Below, piece after piece: positions 1-11,731 of a DNA stretch of 64,000 nt. Numbering within the stretch: position 1 is the first letter of the stretch; each line of letters starts with the position of its first letter. The notes below the pieces were generated by a model. That model worked only from the letters and a program-made list of their open reading frames with translations, was not told the DNA's origin and did not search any database. The position numbers and the translations under genes were made by a program. Origin of the DNA: Psilocybe cubensis (taxonomy: Eukaryota); NCBI GenBank assembly GCA_017499595.2, contig CM039009.1, forward strand, positions 930,001-994,000. Direction: 5' to 3'.

Positions 1-1725
1 CGGGTAGAGGACAGCATTGTCAAACTCGTTATGCAACGCGCAAGTCTCAAACGAAGTCGGAATGCATACTCCCCTGCAGTCAACCTTCCACCCGAACTAC
101 TATCCCTCATTTTCGAGTTTGCATGCCTTCCCGGATGTAGCGGCCATGACCACAAAAATGATCTGCACGGAGAGGGACTGCATGGCGAGATTAGCATGGG
201 GGTGAGTATTGGGCATGGTGCTGTCACCCCACTGTTCATTGGCACTGTCTGTAGCGCATGGCGACGTGTCGCGCAGAGCACCACACAGCTCTGGAGTAAC
301 GTTACAGTATACATGAACAATCGGCACGCAGATACACAAGCTGCCCTACTCCAGACATGGCTCAAGCACTCCGGCCAACGCCCTCTCTTCATCAAACTGG
401 TAGAAGATGATACAAATGATCAGGAAGACGATAACGAAGAAATCGATTGGGGTATCGACGTAACTTCGACAGCCGTGATCAATGTACTCGCCGCGCACTC
501 GAAGCAGTGGCATACCATCGACATATTCGTGCCTCATTCATGGAAGTCTGTTCTCGCAAAAATAAGACACGAGCTTCCGCTGCTCACAAACGCGACGCTG
601 CGTGTGGCAGATTGTAGCCCGTCTCTCGCCCGTGTGGACGCCTTTGCGTTTGCCCCACAGCTACGCGAGGTCCGGCTCGTAGGGTACTCAGTCACCGACG
701 TGCATCTGCCGTGGGCCCAGCTACACCGTCTTGATGGAGAGTATTTCAGTCCCGGGGATTGTCTCGACACATTACATCTTGGCCCTCAGCTCCGGACATG
801 CCAGTTCGAACAGTTGTCTCGCGGGATGCAGCCCTTCAATATTCGGCCTATACGGCACGAATACCTCACATCGTTGGAGTTGATCATGGATACTGCAAAC
901 GACCTCAACACGCTGTTTGGTGCATTGACACTGCCCCATCTCACAGAGCTCGTTCTGTCTCTATCGGATGAGGAGTCGGTTCTGTGGCCGGTGATCCCAT
1001 TGATGCGTCGTTCACGATTTAAACTTCAAAGTCTGCATCTCGTCGGCTCAACGCCTGAAGAGCAACAGTTAATCGGATTCTTAGAGGAGCAGCCCTCTCT
1101 CAAATCGCTGCTTTTGATTAACCCACTCACGGATACTGGCGGCAAGCTCAGCTATCGTTTTATCGATGCGATGACATCCAATAAGAGCATTAAGACGGAC
1201 GATACAGAACGAGGAGAAGCGTCAGAATCACGGAACGAGACGGGCACAGAAGCACACTCTTCGCATCTCCTCCCCATGCTTGAGCATTTTGAGTATCAAG
1301 GTACAATGTCATTCAGTTCCCATGATCTGGTTGATCTTCTTGCCAGCCGGTGGCGGTTAATGAACAATCAGGAGTCTGTCAGGAAGACACACCCTCCAAA
1401 TTTCTCTGTATTCTTTGGAGAGGCTGTCATATACAAGACTGAACCCGCTGATATGCAAATCATGGACGAATCACCGCCGATAACCAGTCAAACCTACCAT
1501 AACCCAACCTCAGCCTCGTCTTCTCAAACCGATGAAGAAGGCTCCAAAACACCAGCTGGCAAGAGGACGCTAGAAATAGCACAGCTCCGCACTGTAGTTA
1601 TCACCACTTCCAAAAAGCTGCATTTTACGACGTCCGACACTCAAAGAGTGCAACAACTCATGGCGGAGGGCATGCGCCTCGATTTCCTCGCTACTTCAGC
1701 TCTTAACTTTATGGCCAATACATAG
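1..1725 (+). CDS. F-box-like / RNI-LRR protein (agaricomycete expanded family), probably 5'-truncated by the window edge
   Basis: Intronless 564-aa ORF from 31 with F-box-like motif LPPELLSLIFEFAC...FIGTVCSAWRRVAQSTTQLWS, followed by WLKHSGQRPL and LxxLxL repeats. The frame is open from base 1 (RVEDSIVKLV), resembling the coiled-coil N-terminus of the paralog at 59421-60977. Confidence 0.8.
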   Translation, partial: RVEDSIVKLVMQRASLKRSRNAYSPAVNLPPELLSLIFEFACLPGCSGHDHKNDLHGEGLHGEISMGVSIGHGAVTPLFIGTVCSAWRRVAQSTTQLWSNVTVYMNNRHADTQAALLQTWLKHSGQRPLFIKLVEDDTNDQEDDNEEIDWGIDVTSTAVINVLAAHSKQWHTIDIFVPHSWKSVLAKIRHELPLLTNATLRVADCSPSLARVDAFAFAPQLREVRLVGYSVTDVHLPWAQLHRLDGEYFSPGDCLDTLHLGPQLRTCQFEQLSRGMQPFNIRPIRHEYLTSLELIMDTANDLNTLFGALTLPHLTELVLSLSDEESVLWPVIPLMRRSRFKLQSLHLVGSTPEEQQLIGFLEEQPSLKSLLLINPLTDTGGKLSYRFIDAMTSNKSIKTDDTERGEASESRNETGTEAHSSHLLPMLEHFEYQGTMSFSSHDLVDLLASRWRLMNNQESVRKTHPPNFSVFFGEAVIYKTEPADMQIMDESPPITSQTYHNPTSASSSQTDEEGSKTPAGKRTLEIAQLRTVVITTSKKLHFTTSDTQRVQQLMAEGMRLDFLATSALNFMANT

Positions 1726-2530
1726 CGTCTCTTCTATCCTTGACTCTAGATGCCAACTTTTGGTACGCTCGCAAACATATACCCACACGCAAACTAGGCT
1801 TTCGAATTTTCGCCACTTATAGAAAGTTTCTTCCAATACTTGCCCTACAACAGCTTCCCGAGATTGACTTTCTCAGCAGAACCCGACATACCCCATTTCT
1901 GATATTGTCATGGGTATACCCAAAGCATTCCACTTGCTATCCTCAGCCTTGAGTGCTATTTATAGCACAGTCACAAACCCATATCTCTACAATTGCTTCC
2001 TCTTTTTTCGCTTTTTTTGTCGGTCTTTAAGTGCCGCGGACTCTGTAGCAGTATATTCTATATATTTATAATACTGTTACAACCTCATACAGACGATGAC
2101 GATCCCATTGGCTTTATGTTTACAAATTAGCTTTCGGACTAAACGTTAATTGTACCACCATACATTTGGACTATATATCAGACTTCTATTTAGATTTCAA
2201 TTTTTTGCAAGAGTAAATTGAATGACTGTTGGTAGGTTAGACATACTGCGCTAGTACTTGGCCAATTATAATTTAATATAAATACCCAGAGAAGCACATG
2301 TAGCATCTTCACGTCGCGTTCTTTGACGCGTCTTCATCACGTGATACATCTTGTTTGATGCTTCGACCAAAATAACAAGTGCCGCCGAGCTGAAAGGTAT
2401 ATAACTTGGTCCACCGCCAGTTGTTTCTTTGCCTTTATTATAACATTTCATAACCTTGCCGCATTTTTAAAAAGTCAACATACATTTATTACCCTGATCC
2501 CTCCAGAGGCGCCTCTTTACGCAGCAAACG

Positions 2531-3607
2531 ATGAAGAACAAGAACAAGCAAACCAAATTCCCCGTGGTGAGTAAACCTTCTTTTTTTGCCCTGGTCCGTC
2601 TTCCGGAGGCCCTTGGCGGCATAGGAAGAGCTAGAGATTACAAGTTGCAAAAGCTCATAAAATGTTTATTTATCTTCTTGGATGCTTTATTCGTGCTTGT
2701 GGAACACCATACATATGACTATCTCTCATCAATCGTCTTCATCGAATGAAATAACCCAACCGCAAATCACGTTCTGCAACCTTTCTTTCCTCGTCGGTTC
2801 CGCTTCAAAACATGTTAGGCCCGGATAAAAAAGATTATGCAAAAAGATGAGGAAGTCGGAAAAGTAGCACAGGCGACACCCATTGTGATATGTTCGTAAA
2901 ACATTCCTTTTCATCCGTTCGAAGCGCCGTTGACGTTGATCGCGATACTTTTCACTTTATCTAGCAAAAGCCCTGGAATTGTTCCTTGGCCTGATCATCG
3001 AACAGTCCAGCAAAGTCACCTCGGAACGAGGTTCCAAGAAGCTTGAAGCGTACCATCTGTACGTTTTGCATGTTACATATCTATTCTTTCCAAAACATTG
3101 TTAACGAAAGCACCGAACCACAGAAAACATGCAGTAGAAACAACGGAAACGCTTGATTTCCTGAAGGAACTCGTGCAGGATATACCCGATCCCTCTGCAG
3201 GTGGGACGATTGACTTTGAAGCCGGAAACGCAGAGGGCAAGAAGAAGCGCGGAAAGGGCAAGCGCACCGCTGCTGCTGCTGCACCTGGCGACGGTTCGGT
3301 ACCTGCTCCTCCAAAACGACGCAGAAAGAAGAGAGCGGATACCGATAACGATGACGATGCTATGGGTGATGCAGGAGCCGGAGGGAGAGGAAGAGGTGGC
3401 AGAGCTGGCACAAAAACACCGCCTGAAGAAGAGGAAGGCGATACAGAGATGCGCGACGAGGAGGATGATTATGATGAGGAAGAGTCCATGCCTCCTCCCC
3501 GAGTCCCCGCATCGTCATCGTTTGGTGGGTCATCTTCTGGACTTCGGCGCCCTCAGAGCCCCAGCGACGATGAAGAAGATAAGCCTTACATGCCGCCAAG
3601 AAAATGA
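2531..3607 (+). CDS. BUR6: Negative cofactor 2 alpha (DRAP1/Bur6) histone-fold protein; exons 2531-2566, 2819-2891, 2965-3058, 3124-3607
   Basis: Spliced translation [41 protein letters not shown]...EAYHL-KHAVETTETLDFLKELV matches the NC2-alpha histone fold; GT-AG junctions keep frame; acidic/basic disordered tail. Confidence 0.9.
2580..2709 (+). ncRNA. Candidate intronic box H/ACA snoRNA in NC2-alpha intron 1
   Basis: 252-nt intron with hairpin 1 (CCGTC/GGCGG), H box AGATTA at 2635-2640, hairpin 2 (CAAGT/GCTTG and AAAGC/GCTTT), then ACA at 2704-2706. Both upper stems lie 15 nt from their box. Folded by eye only. Confidence 0.5.
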
Positions 3608-3905
3608 ACGCAATACCCATATCATTTACCATCACCGACACATCAACAAATGTTTTATTACCTCTAATTGAGTTTAAAGTGGACTCAACCCTGACACAAT
3701 TGTATTGGATTCCCCTTTCTGTAATTTGTAGAATATAGGGCTGTATGTGTCTGTTTCGTAGCAATCTGTATTCGACTTTTATTCGTTCTTCCTCTTATTT
3801 GTTGTCTGTCGGACAATGTGCTTATTCAACACCTACCGCGAGTTGATAATAGTTTGGGGTTTACATTGGGTTTACATCAATGCAGTTCATTCACAATGTA
3901 GTAGA

Positions 3906-5063
3906 TCATATCAATTCAACATCCCCTCTGGCTACGAGTTCTTCAACAATGGCATATGGCATCAGAGATATATGCCCTTTTTCCATGTCCAGTGTAGCAC
4001 CACTGTGTACCGAATACGTTAGAGCATTTGATGGATGGAAACATTGGCAAACGTACTCTGGAAGACGTATTCTTGGACAGCGCTGTCGTGCATGCACGAA
4101 GACAGGGCGCGATTTGTCCGGCTCGGTAACTGGAAAAATGTCAGTACGTGAATTGATGATTTATTCGGCGACGAACTCATGGGAGGCACAAACAGAGGTG
4201 TGTCATCCAGATGGGACTGTTTTTCAGGTAAGCCCTGCAACACAGACACATAAAAATGTTGGTCTGTTAGTTTAGCATGCCTGACGAAAAGCTTATATTT
4301 CAGCGTTTTTGTATTGGCGAAACTAAGATGGGCAACCGACCGACTAGCATGATCTCTTTCAGCAGCTGTTAGTCGCGTTTGTATATCTGCGTTCGTTACT
4401 ATAAAACGAGCATAACGTTCGATCTAAAAAAAACAAGGTTGTATCCACGAGGATGGATCAGCGTCCACATCAATGAAAAGAAACGAGGCCAGAAAAACTC
4501 ACTTTGAACAGCCGCGTCCGAACATATGAGCGCACAATAAACTTCACCCGCTCAACTTCCGTCTGGACAAGCATAATCCGCATATGCTCCTCCTCCGATG
4601 TGGATGGATCCTCGCGTAACAACTGCACGGCTTCTGACTGGCCATAACCCATATTTGCACAAAGAAAAGGTAACACGAATGCCAGACAATTCCGTCAGCT
4701 AACAGAATATCGAGAGAGTTTTGTGTATCACTAACGCACCTGCCGTCTTAGATGGTCCAGCAGATTCATTAGCAAATCCTCCTGCGCAGGGAGGATGTCT
4801 GGTGCGTGTCGCTCGTTCAGCCAGTGGCGTGTCAGCTGCTCGAGCGGTGTATTCTGTTCTGCTTCTTCCGGGTAAAAGTCTGGTTCTCTATCAGGCTGGG
4901 CTGGAGCAGGAGCAGGAGTACGTTGTTGTCGTGCGTTAGAGGCACGGCCATTATCATCGTTGAAAATGTTATCTTCATCGTCGTCCCGGGCGGCGAATGA
5001 AGGGCCTGCTTGCGGCACTGCTCGACCGGACTTGATGAGCTCATATTCTTCGTCCCAGTCCAT
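3906..5063 (-). CDS. SLD5: GINS complex subunit Sld5 (GINS4), about 6 exons
   Basis: WLNERHAPDILP, QTEVERVKFIVRSYVRTRLFK-IERYA, EPDKSRPVFVHA and C-terminal VEELVARGDVELI are Sld5-like; exons join in frame. Confidence 0.9.
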
Positions 5064-5730
5064 CTTCTTTTTGATTTGTAGAGTTTAAATAAGAAAAGTT
5101 CGATCCTCAAGAGATGATAGTCAGGGTCAAAGTTGTGATCGGTAATCGCGCCAAGATTGTCGCGTTCTTGCCTGCCCTAAACTCCCACAAATGTTGCCTG
5201 GCGAGATAAGCCTGACATCCTCCAGTGACTATTATACTCGTGTTCACATTGACTTCAATTTTGTAAATGTAAGTCCCCCATTGCACCCAACTTCTACCAT
5301 ACACTCTAAATAACCCGACTCTTTTTTGAAGTTTTAACTCTGTTAGATTGTCGTTTCATTTGGAATTTGTGCAAGGAGACATGGCGCACGACGGCTGCAA
5401 CGTCAGTGCCATTTTTTGTGGAGTTTTTAGGTTCCTACATCGTCCATACGTCAAAAAATACAAGAAATGGACTAAAACAACGTTCAAATTAAAATCTGAA
5501 TGTGGCTCATCGACTTGCAATGACTCTGCGTTTCAAACCAAACTTGTCAGCTCAGTTCTTGATCGCAAATATTTCTCCTTTTCTATCTTCAGGCATATAA
5601 ACACCCACAAAAATTCTCGCCAATGCAAGCAAGTCAAAACCTTCCGGAGTATCACCGGACCTTTGCAGGACCTTCCTTTACCTTTTCTCTATCTTCAGGC
5701 GTCTAGCCACCCAGGCTCGGTGGTGCGTCC

Positions 5731-6884
5731 ATGCCCACTGTTTTCTTTACACGCGACCGAGAGCTTGATGATACTCTGGAATCCGAAGCTCACCTCACCT
5801 TAATTTTGGTTGGCGTCGGTCTCGGAATTCTTGTTATCGTCACTGCTGCTGTATACTACGGGTACAGGCTGGTTCGGATCCTGCGTCCTGCTTGGTGTTT
5901 CTGGAGGTTTTCTGGTCCTATTACGAATTCGGCTGATACAGTTGAAGTCAAGGTATTTATTCTGATTCTCCCTTTTTTTCTCCCATCATAAATCTCCCTT
6001 TTGCTGAACTATCACATTTTTTGTGTGCGCACTTCCAGAGATCAGAATCCGGTACTTCAGAGGTTAACAGCCTATCAGTAGATATGTCTATGGCCCAATC
6101 GAAACCTTCTTTTATTCGGAGGCAGACCGAGCCGGAACGTACCCCTCCTTCATCTCGCATTCCTTCCTTCTTCAATTCTATCCGGAAAAACTCCTCGGTA
6201 TCTGTGCCGCGACAACACACAGGCGTGTACACTGGAACAAACAACCGATCACCCTTTCCTGGCCCACCTCCTGCTGTACGGCTGAACTCTCCTACAACGC
6301 CTACGCAATCCCGCTTTAACAGCCATGGCGCAACTCCGCACACTTCCCCCGCTCAGCAGGGAATTGTCACGCCCCATATTGCGGCGTGGATGAAAGTGGC
6401 TGACAGCGTCGTTGGACGCCACCCTGACGCGCAGCCGCTCTCAGCGCGCGTCGCGACCCAGGCAGAGATCGACCTCATCTCGGGCCACGTACATGTCCCC
6501 TGGGCATTCAATGGTCCTGGCCCGTCTGGTTCACAACCTCCCGTCCCCGTCAAGGTGATGAGACCCGTTTTATCCGCGCCAGCTTCGGCGATCGCACCCG
6601 CTATTGGACAAGGTCATGGACAAGGGCAGCCTCAGACTCAGCCACCTTCCACGAGTTTAGCTACATCGATGACGATGAAACCCAGGCTGGGATCAAGCGT
6701 GCTGAAGGACATCGGGAACCTGCGGGGCAACCGGGAAATTTCAACGGCGACTGTCAACAAGACTTCAAATTCACGGTCGGCGAAAGGCAAGGCAGCTGTC
6801 CGTCGTGCTCATGACCTTGGAAAAGAGAACATGCCGGCAGTCCCATCTCCTCTCGCCCAGTCTGGTCGCCATCGCACCAATTAA
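5731..6884 (+). CDS. Hypothetical single-pass membrane protein with a Pro/Ser-rich disordered tail; exons 5731-5952 and 6039-6884
   Basis: Hydrophobic segment LILVGVGLGILVIVTAAVYY; phase-0 GT-AG intron 5953-6038 joins ORFs 5731 and 6021 in frame. Confidence 0.6.
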
Positions 6885-7472
6885 ACCGTTCTCTGGCAAG
6901 ATTCTAGTTCCAAATATACCTCGGGATAATATTCTGGCTTCCATACTGCGCAACCCAATTTACCCTCACCATCCTGATTCAGTTTCATGGACACTATATC
7001 TGGCAAGGTTCGCGTGCGTTCTACGTCTATAATCTGGTTTTGTCTATTTCTGTCTTCACTCCAACGTCTCCGTTCTCGCCTACGGTCTCTGTCTTTTCTC
7101 CTTCAATCGACATTGGACACTGCGTTTTCTGGATCAAGCATCCTTACACGCCGCCACCACCACACTTTTGATAGAGAATGACTCCATTCTCTCCTCATCA
7201 CCATTGTTGAAATATTTTTAATACCCAAAAACGCGCATGTACACCCTCATGTTGCTGATACCGTGCTTCGTTATTATATCTTTTGTCAATGTTCCAGCAT
7301 GGATGTAAAATGAACCTTTCATGTACATGTAATGTGCAAAATATCTCACTATTCTTTCTATAATGAGAGTCAAATACCACTTTTCCTCTGATGATTTTCT
7401 GCATCTGACGTCCTCGGGGTTATAATACTTATATTAGCTTGGCCGTTCGCGTCAGCCTGACGCTTATTGGTT

Positions 7473-8459
7473 CAGTGGTGGCATAGTCGGCGACTTAGTC
7501 GGAATAGTCGCATGACTATGCGGCTTAGTCGGATTTCCGACTAGACTAGACTAAGTTCCCAAATATAGGTCGATATGAAGTCATAGTCGGGACTTTCCCA
7601 CGTTCAAATGTGCACTTCGTCACAGATTCGTAGTCTGCATACATTTTGTCTTTGGTACAGTAGCAGAGGAATAAATACCTTTGAGTGCACATAAATTGTA
7701 AATATACTATCAATGTTATCCTCAACACCATAATCAACATATTCATTTCACCATGTGCATCAAGATCAAATAGGTCATACAATTCTAATTCTTCATGCAA
7801 GCTTCCAACTTCACTTTGCTTTGCATGTGGGATCCAAATAGCATCCTGTAAAAAATTAAACCAGCTCATAGTTAACCTACTTTTAGGTGTTCCCAGGTCT
7901 TCCGGAATATTTTCTGGGTCTCCTCATTGATTAGGCAAGAGGTTAGTTGAGTAAGATGAGTAAGATTGGATTGTGACTGGCCTGATTGAGTTTGCACCTC
8001 CGTAGTTAAATACAGTCCGGATTTCAGATCGATGTTTGGGCTGATATAAAGAAGAAGTAAAAATGTTGGAGGTTGTTTGGGGTGGGACATCACCTCGCCG
8101 TGGATGTGATTCACCGTCGGGCCGCTTACTTGATCCACAATCAAACTCCGACACGTCTCAAGATGGCGCACAAACTGCTGTAGTACTTATCACACGCAAA
8201 ATGTAAGTAAAATAGATTTGAATTGTCTGGCATACACTGTAGGAATTGTTTTTGGAGTGTACACAATTATTAAAATTGTCAACGCAGATTTGCCGTGCCT
8301 CTGTCTAGTTGAAACCCAGATTGATCAAAGTTTTATTTTACACGTGATACTTAGTCTGGAAAAATTTCCATTTTTGGTGATAGTCGACGACTTAGTCGGA
8401 CTTAGTCGACTTAGTCGGGTCCCGACTATCGACTAAAGTCGCCGACTATGCCACCACTG
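7473..8459. mobile_element. Non-autonomous hAT-like DNA transposon (internal-deletion derivative), 987 bp
   Basis: 24-bp perfect terminal inverted repeat CAGTGGTGGCATAGTCGGCGACTT; identical 8-bp flanks TATTGGTT at 7465-7472 and 8460-8467; many subterminal AGTCG/CGACT motifs; AT-rich interior with no full transposase ORF. Confidence 0.92.
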
Positions 8460-9315
8460 TATTGGTTCCTATGACCGGGATACTCCTGATTCGTGGGGTT
8501 TTAGCGCTGGGTCGTGGTACATACCAACTTGCCGAAGAGTTTATATCCCTGTCAGGGTCGCAGACTAGTTCCATTTGCACACTTAGATGAGGATTTCACT
8601 CCACATGCCCGGCATTTCGTTCCGCCGTTGTTTAATTAATTAATAACAAGTACCGTTACCGCATCTCATAACCCCCACCAAAATCTACTTTCTCAGAGCT
8701 TGTACGTACAGTGAATATACTCTTTTTTCGTAGACATCAGGTTCATGTATTGGCCACTCTATATGTACCATTTACTTGTATTCCGTTCACGATACAAATT
8801 GGACATATTGAGTAGGCTGCTAATGGCTTACGCAGGAACGCCTATAAAAATAAACTTGTTAACATAGTTTAACCCATATGATCTTCCCTTCCACATAATG
8901 ACCTCACTTTTAGTTTTACACCTATTTATGCAGCGATGATTCACAAAAATAAGGAGCTTTACCCACCGCATCTTGATTTTTTGATTCTTCCCTCCCCTTG
9001 CCTTTGTGCCGAAAGCATAAATAATAAAAACTAATCCCAATCCTCGGTCTCTGGTCCCTTACAAGACTACATCTGACGGTGTTCTCTGCCGACACCTTCG
9101 GAAGAACGTTGGGTTCGCAAGCGGCAGCATAACAGCAGCGTTCATTTAGTGTTGGCATCGACCTTGTGTCGACCTTTCTTCGCGTTCCCAACTTTCCCCC
9201 ACATACTACACTCGTCTTCCGCTGTTGCTTTTGTGCTAAGGTACACCAACCTGATCAAACTGCAAGACTTTTTGCTTGTTCGTCTTTTGTCATTTATTCC
9301 TGACGTGGCCCCCTG

Positions 9316-10679
9316 ATGGATCGAGCAGCGTCGCTGTCGCGGAGAACGACCGACAATTTGGACCTCGAACGAGGGCACGAAACGCAGCATATCCCAGACA
9401 CGTTGTGTGTTGTCTGACCGTCTGTGTAAATCACGTCCCCCGCACTTATCTAAAAGGATCAACGGAGGATAGAAACATGTCATCTTGGGGGAAAGCAGCC
9501 ACAAATACCACATCTTTGTCGTTGACACCCATAGATCCCTCCCGTGAGCCAACCCTACGTTCCTTTTCTCCAAAGTGTTGATGTTTGATGCTCAACGTGC
9601 GAGAATTGGGTGTGATCAGAGATACCACCCGATAGCGTCCTCATAGCTGAGGCGGAAGCTCTGCTGAACGCCTCGCGGTCGTGGCAGCCGTGTAGGAAGA
9701 CACATCCCAATGCGAAAACATTCTTCCACAAAGAACGTGTCCCTGGATCGCGCTTCAAAAGGAATTTCCAGGTTTGGCAGTGCATCGTCAGCGAGCTGCA
9801 TAGAAGCGAGATTTCCTTCAATGCTATCTGGACGAAAATTGGGAAAAATAAGGTGTGGAACCAGAGAAGGTGAATATATTTAACCTTCCCAGTGCTCTGT
9901 TCCGCATACGTACCTTTAGAGGTCATGGGCGGAGTTCTTTCTTTTTTGCAGCATGCTACACGGAGCGAGGATGCTGACCGTTGATTTTGAAGCTATGCAA
10001 CAAATATAGCCAAAGTGACGCGAATCAAGTACTTCTCTGAGTCGCAATCGATATGGACGGTATCGATTGGCTATCCACCTCCTATGTCACCACGGGTGTT
10101 TACGGTGTATCAAACATCGGCCCTCCTCGAATATTCGCATCGTCGAAGAGGGTGAGATATAAAATTGCCCTACCTAGAAAAGAGACGTTAACTGATTGGA
10201 GACTAAAGGATTGTAATTACCTTGCCTATTGACCTAAGCTCCCGCTCGAATGAAAATTTCGCTGAAATGGAAGAAAAGGGCATCAAGGGGCGTATTACTT
10301 CCGTCGAACATTTGCAAGAAGTGGACGCAGATATCATTGAGTGGAGAAGGGTTATTTGTATAGATTCGGGAGGGTCCATGCCGCGATGTTTGGCGCGAAG
10401 GCACGCGGAGAAGAGAATCATCGATGTGAGCAAATGTTGCTTGCCTGGGATCAAAAAACAATCAAAGGAAATGCTTTGTTGACTTTTATGCAGGAGAATA
10501 CACGGTGTATAGCATGGCTGAAGAACCTCAGGAAGGACGAGACACCTGAAGAGGATAGACAAGATGAGTTCCCGCAAAGAAACAGTATCCGGAGTCTGAA
10601 TGTGAAATCAGACAAGGCATTGACTGAGATACTCAATTATCAAAACGATGATACAAATACAGAAACTATGATGGATTGA
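9316..10679 (+). CDS. DUF3074-family (START/SRPBCC-like) protein, multi-exon; start uncertain (9316 or ~9477)
   Basis: Spliced segments SLTPIDPS, WQCIVSELHRSEISFNAIWTKIGKNK, YPPPMSPRVFTVYQ and LPIDLS...EEKGIKGRITSVEHL...IEWRR...DSGGSMP resemble basidiomycete DUF3074 proteins (from memory). Confidence 0.7.
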
Positions 10680-10685
10680 AGTCGT

Positions 10686-11429
10686 CTAGATAGCGTCGTT
10701 TTCGACCAACTTTCCGCATACTATGTACTTGTTGGTAAAGTGTTCAATCCAACCTGAAAAAAATGGGAAGTCAGCTTCTAGGAATATAAAATCAATTTTG
10801 GTGATGCACACCTTTCATATTCTCACTAGAAGAGAAAGGAAGGTTAAAGATACGAAGACTTCATGAGTATGTAGACTTACATCTCCATCCCGTTCAAGTC
10901 TTCGAGTTTATCCAGGGGTTGGTCAATCGGAGTAAGCATTTCTGCACCAACAATTTCAGCCGTATTCAAGCAAGGACCAAAGTGAACATACCAAGGTCGA
11001 AAGACTGCTTCGCCATTCCACGAGAAGCATCTCGTCCAGCAAAGTTTCCGTACATGCCATCTATAAGCAACAGTTTAGTAATTCGGTTGCTCCAATACCC
11101 AACCAGTACGCACTAGGACCGTAGAAATTTCTTCCAGCGGTAACGTCGAACACGGTACCCTTGATAGCCAACAAAATACGGCCTCCATCAAGACCATTGT
11201 ACTGGGCCAAAGTCTTCGGTGTATAGACTTTGTACATCACCGTTGCCTGGTGTGTCTTGGGCATCCAAGAGTAGCCAGATTTGAATTCATGAGGCACTTT
11301 CGACGGTTTGGAAGTCGACGGCAGAATAATCCGCTGGACCGAGTACAGAATGTACAAGAAAAGTGCAGTATTGACGGGTGTTCCTAGTTCAAAAGTCAGT
11401 CCCATAGTTCGTGTGCTTGACGGATTCAA
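10686..11429 (-). CDS. DAP1: Cytochrome b5-like heme/steroid-binding protein (MAPR/Dap1/PGRMC1 family), 5 exons
   Basis: N-terminal TM segment, then [53 protein letters not shown] and WIEHFTNKYIVCGKLV; stop at 10686-10688. Confidence 0.9.
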
Positions 11430-11731
11430 AGATGAGGTTGTAGGAAAACAGAATTGGAGTCGTCTTCAAGAACAGTCCACTCTCAACTCTGCCCCACCGT
11501 CGCCGAGTTCGCTGACACATCTGGCGCTTGCTCCGGACCGATTGTTCCGCCAAATCCTGCTACTCTACAGGGGCGAAATGAGCAATATCACTTTCAAATT
11601 CATTCTTCAAATGCTAAAGTTTTAGGACTCTGAAGAAATACATATAGCGCTTTTGTGCAATTAAGAATAGATAGTATATATATCCTGCGCTACTAACAAT
11701 TAATGCAGCTCTAATAGGCACCCTCAACTAA

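Noticed and set aside
7484..7590. Short AGTCG repeats that look like an array (also 8381-8447)
   Set aside because: Irregular spacing, no spacers and a eukaryotic context; explained as transposon subterminal repeats, not CRISPR.
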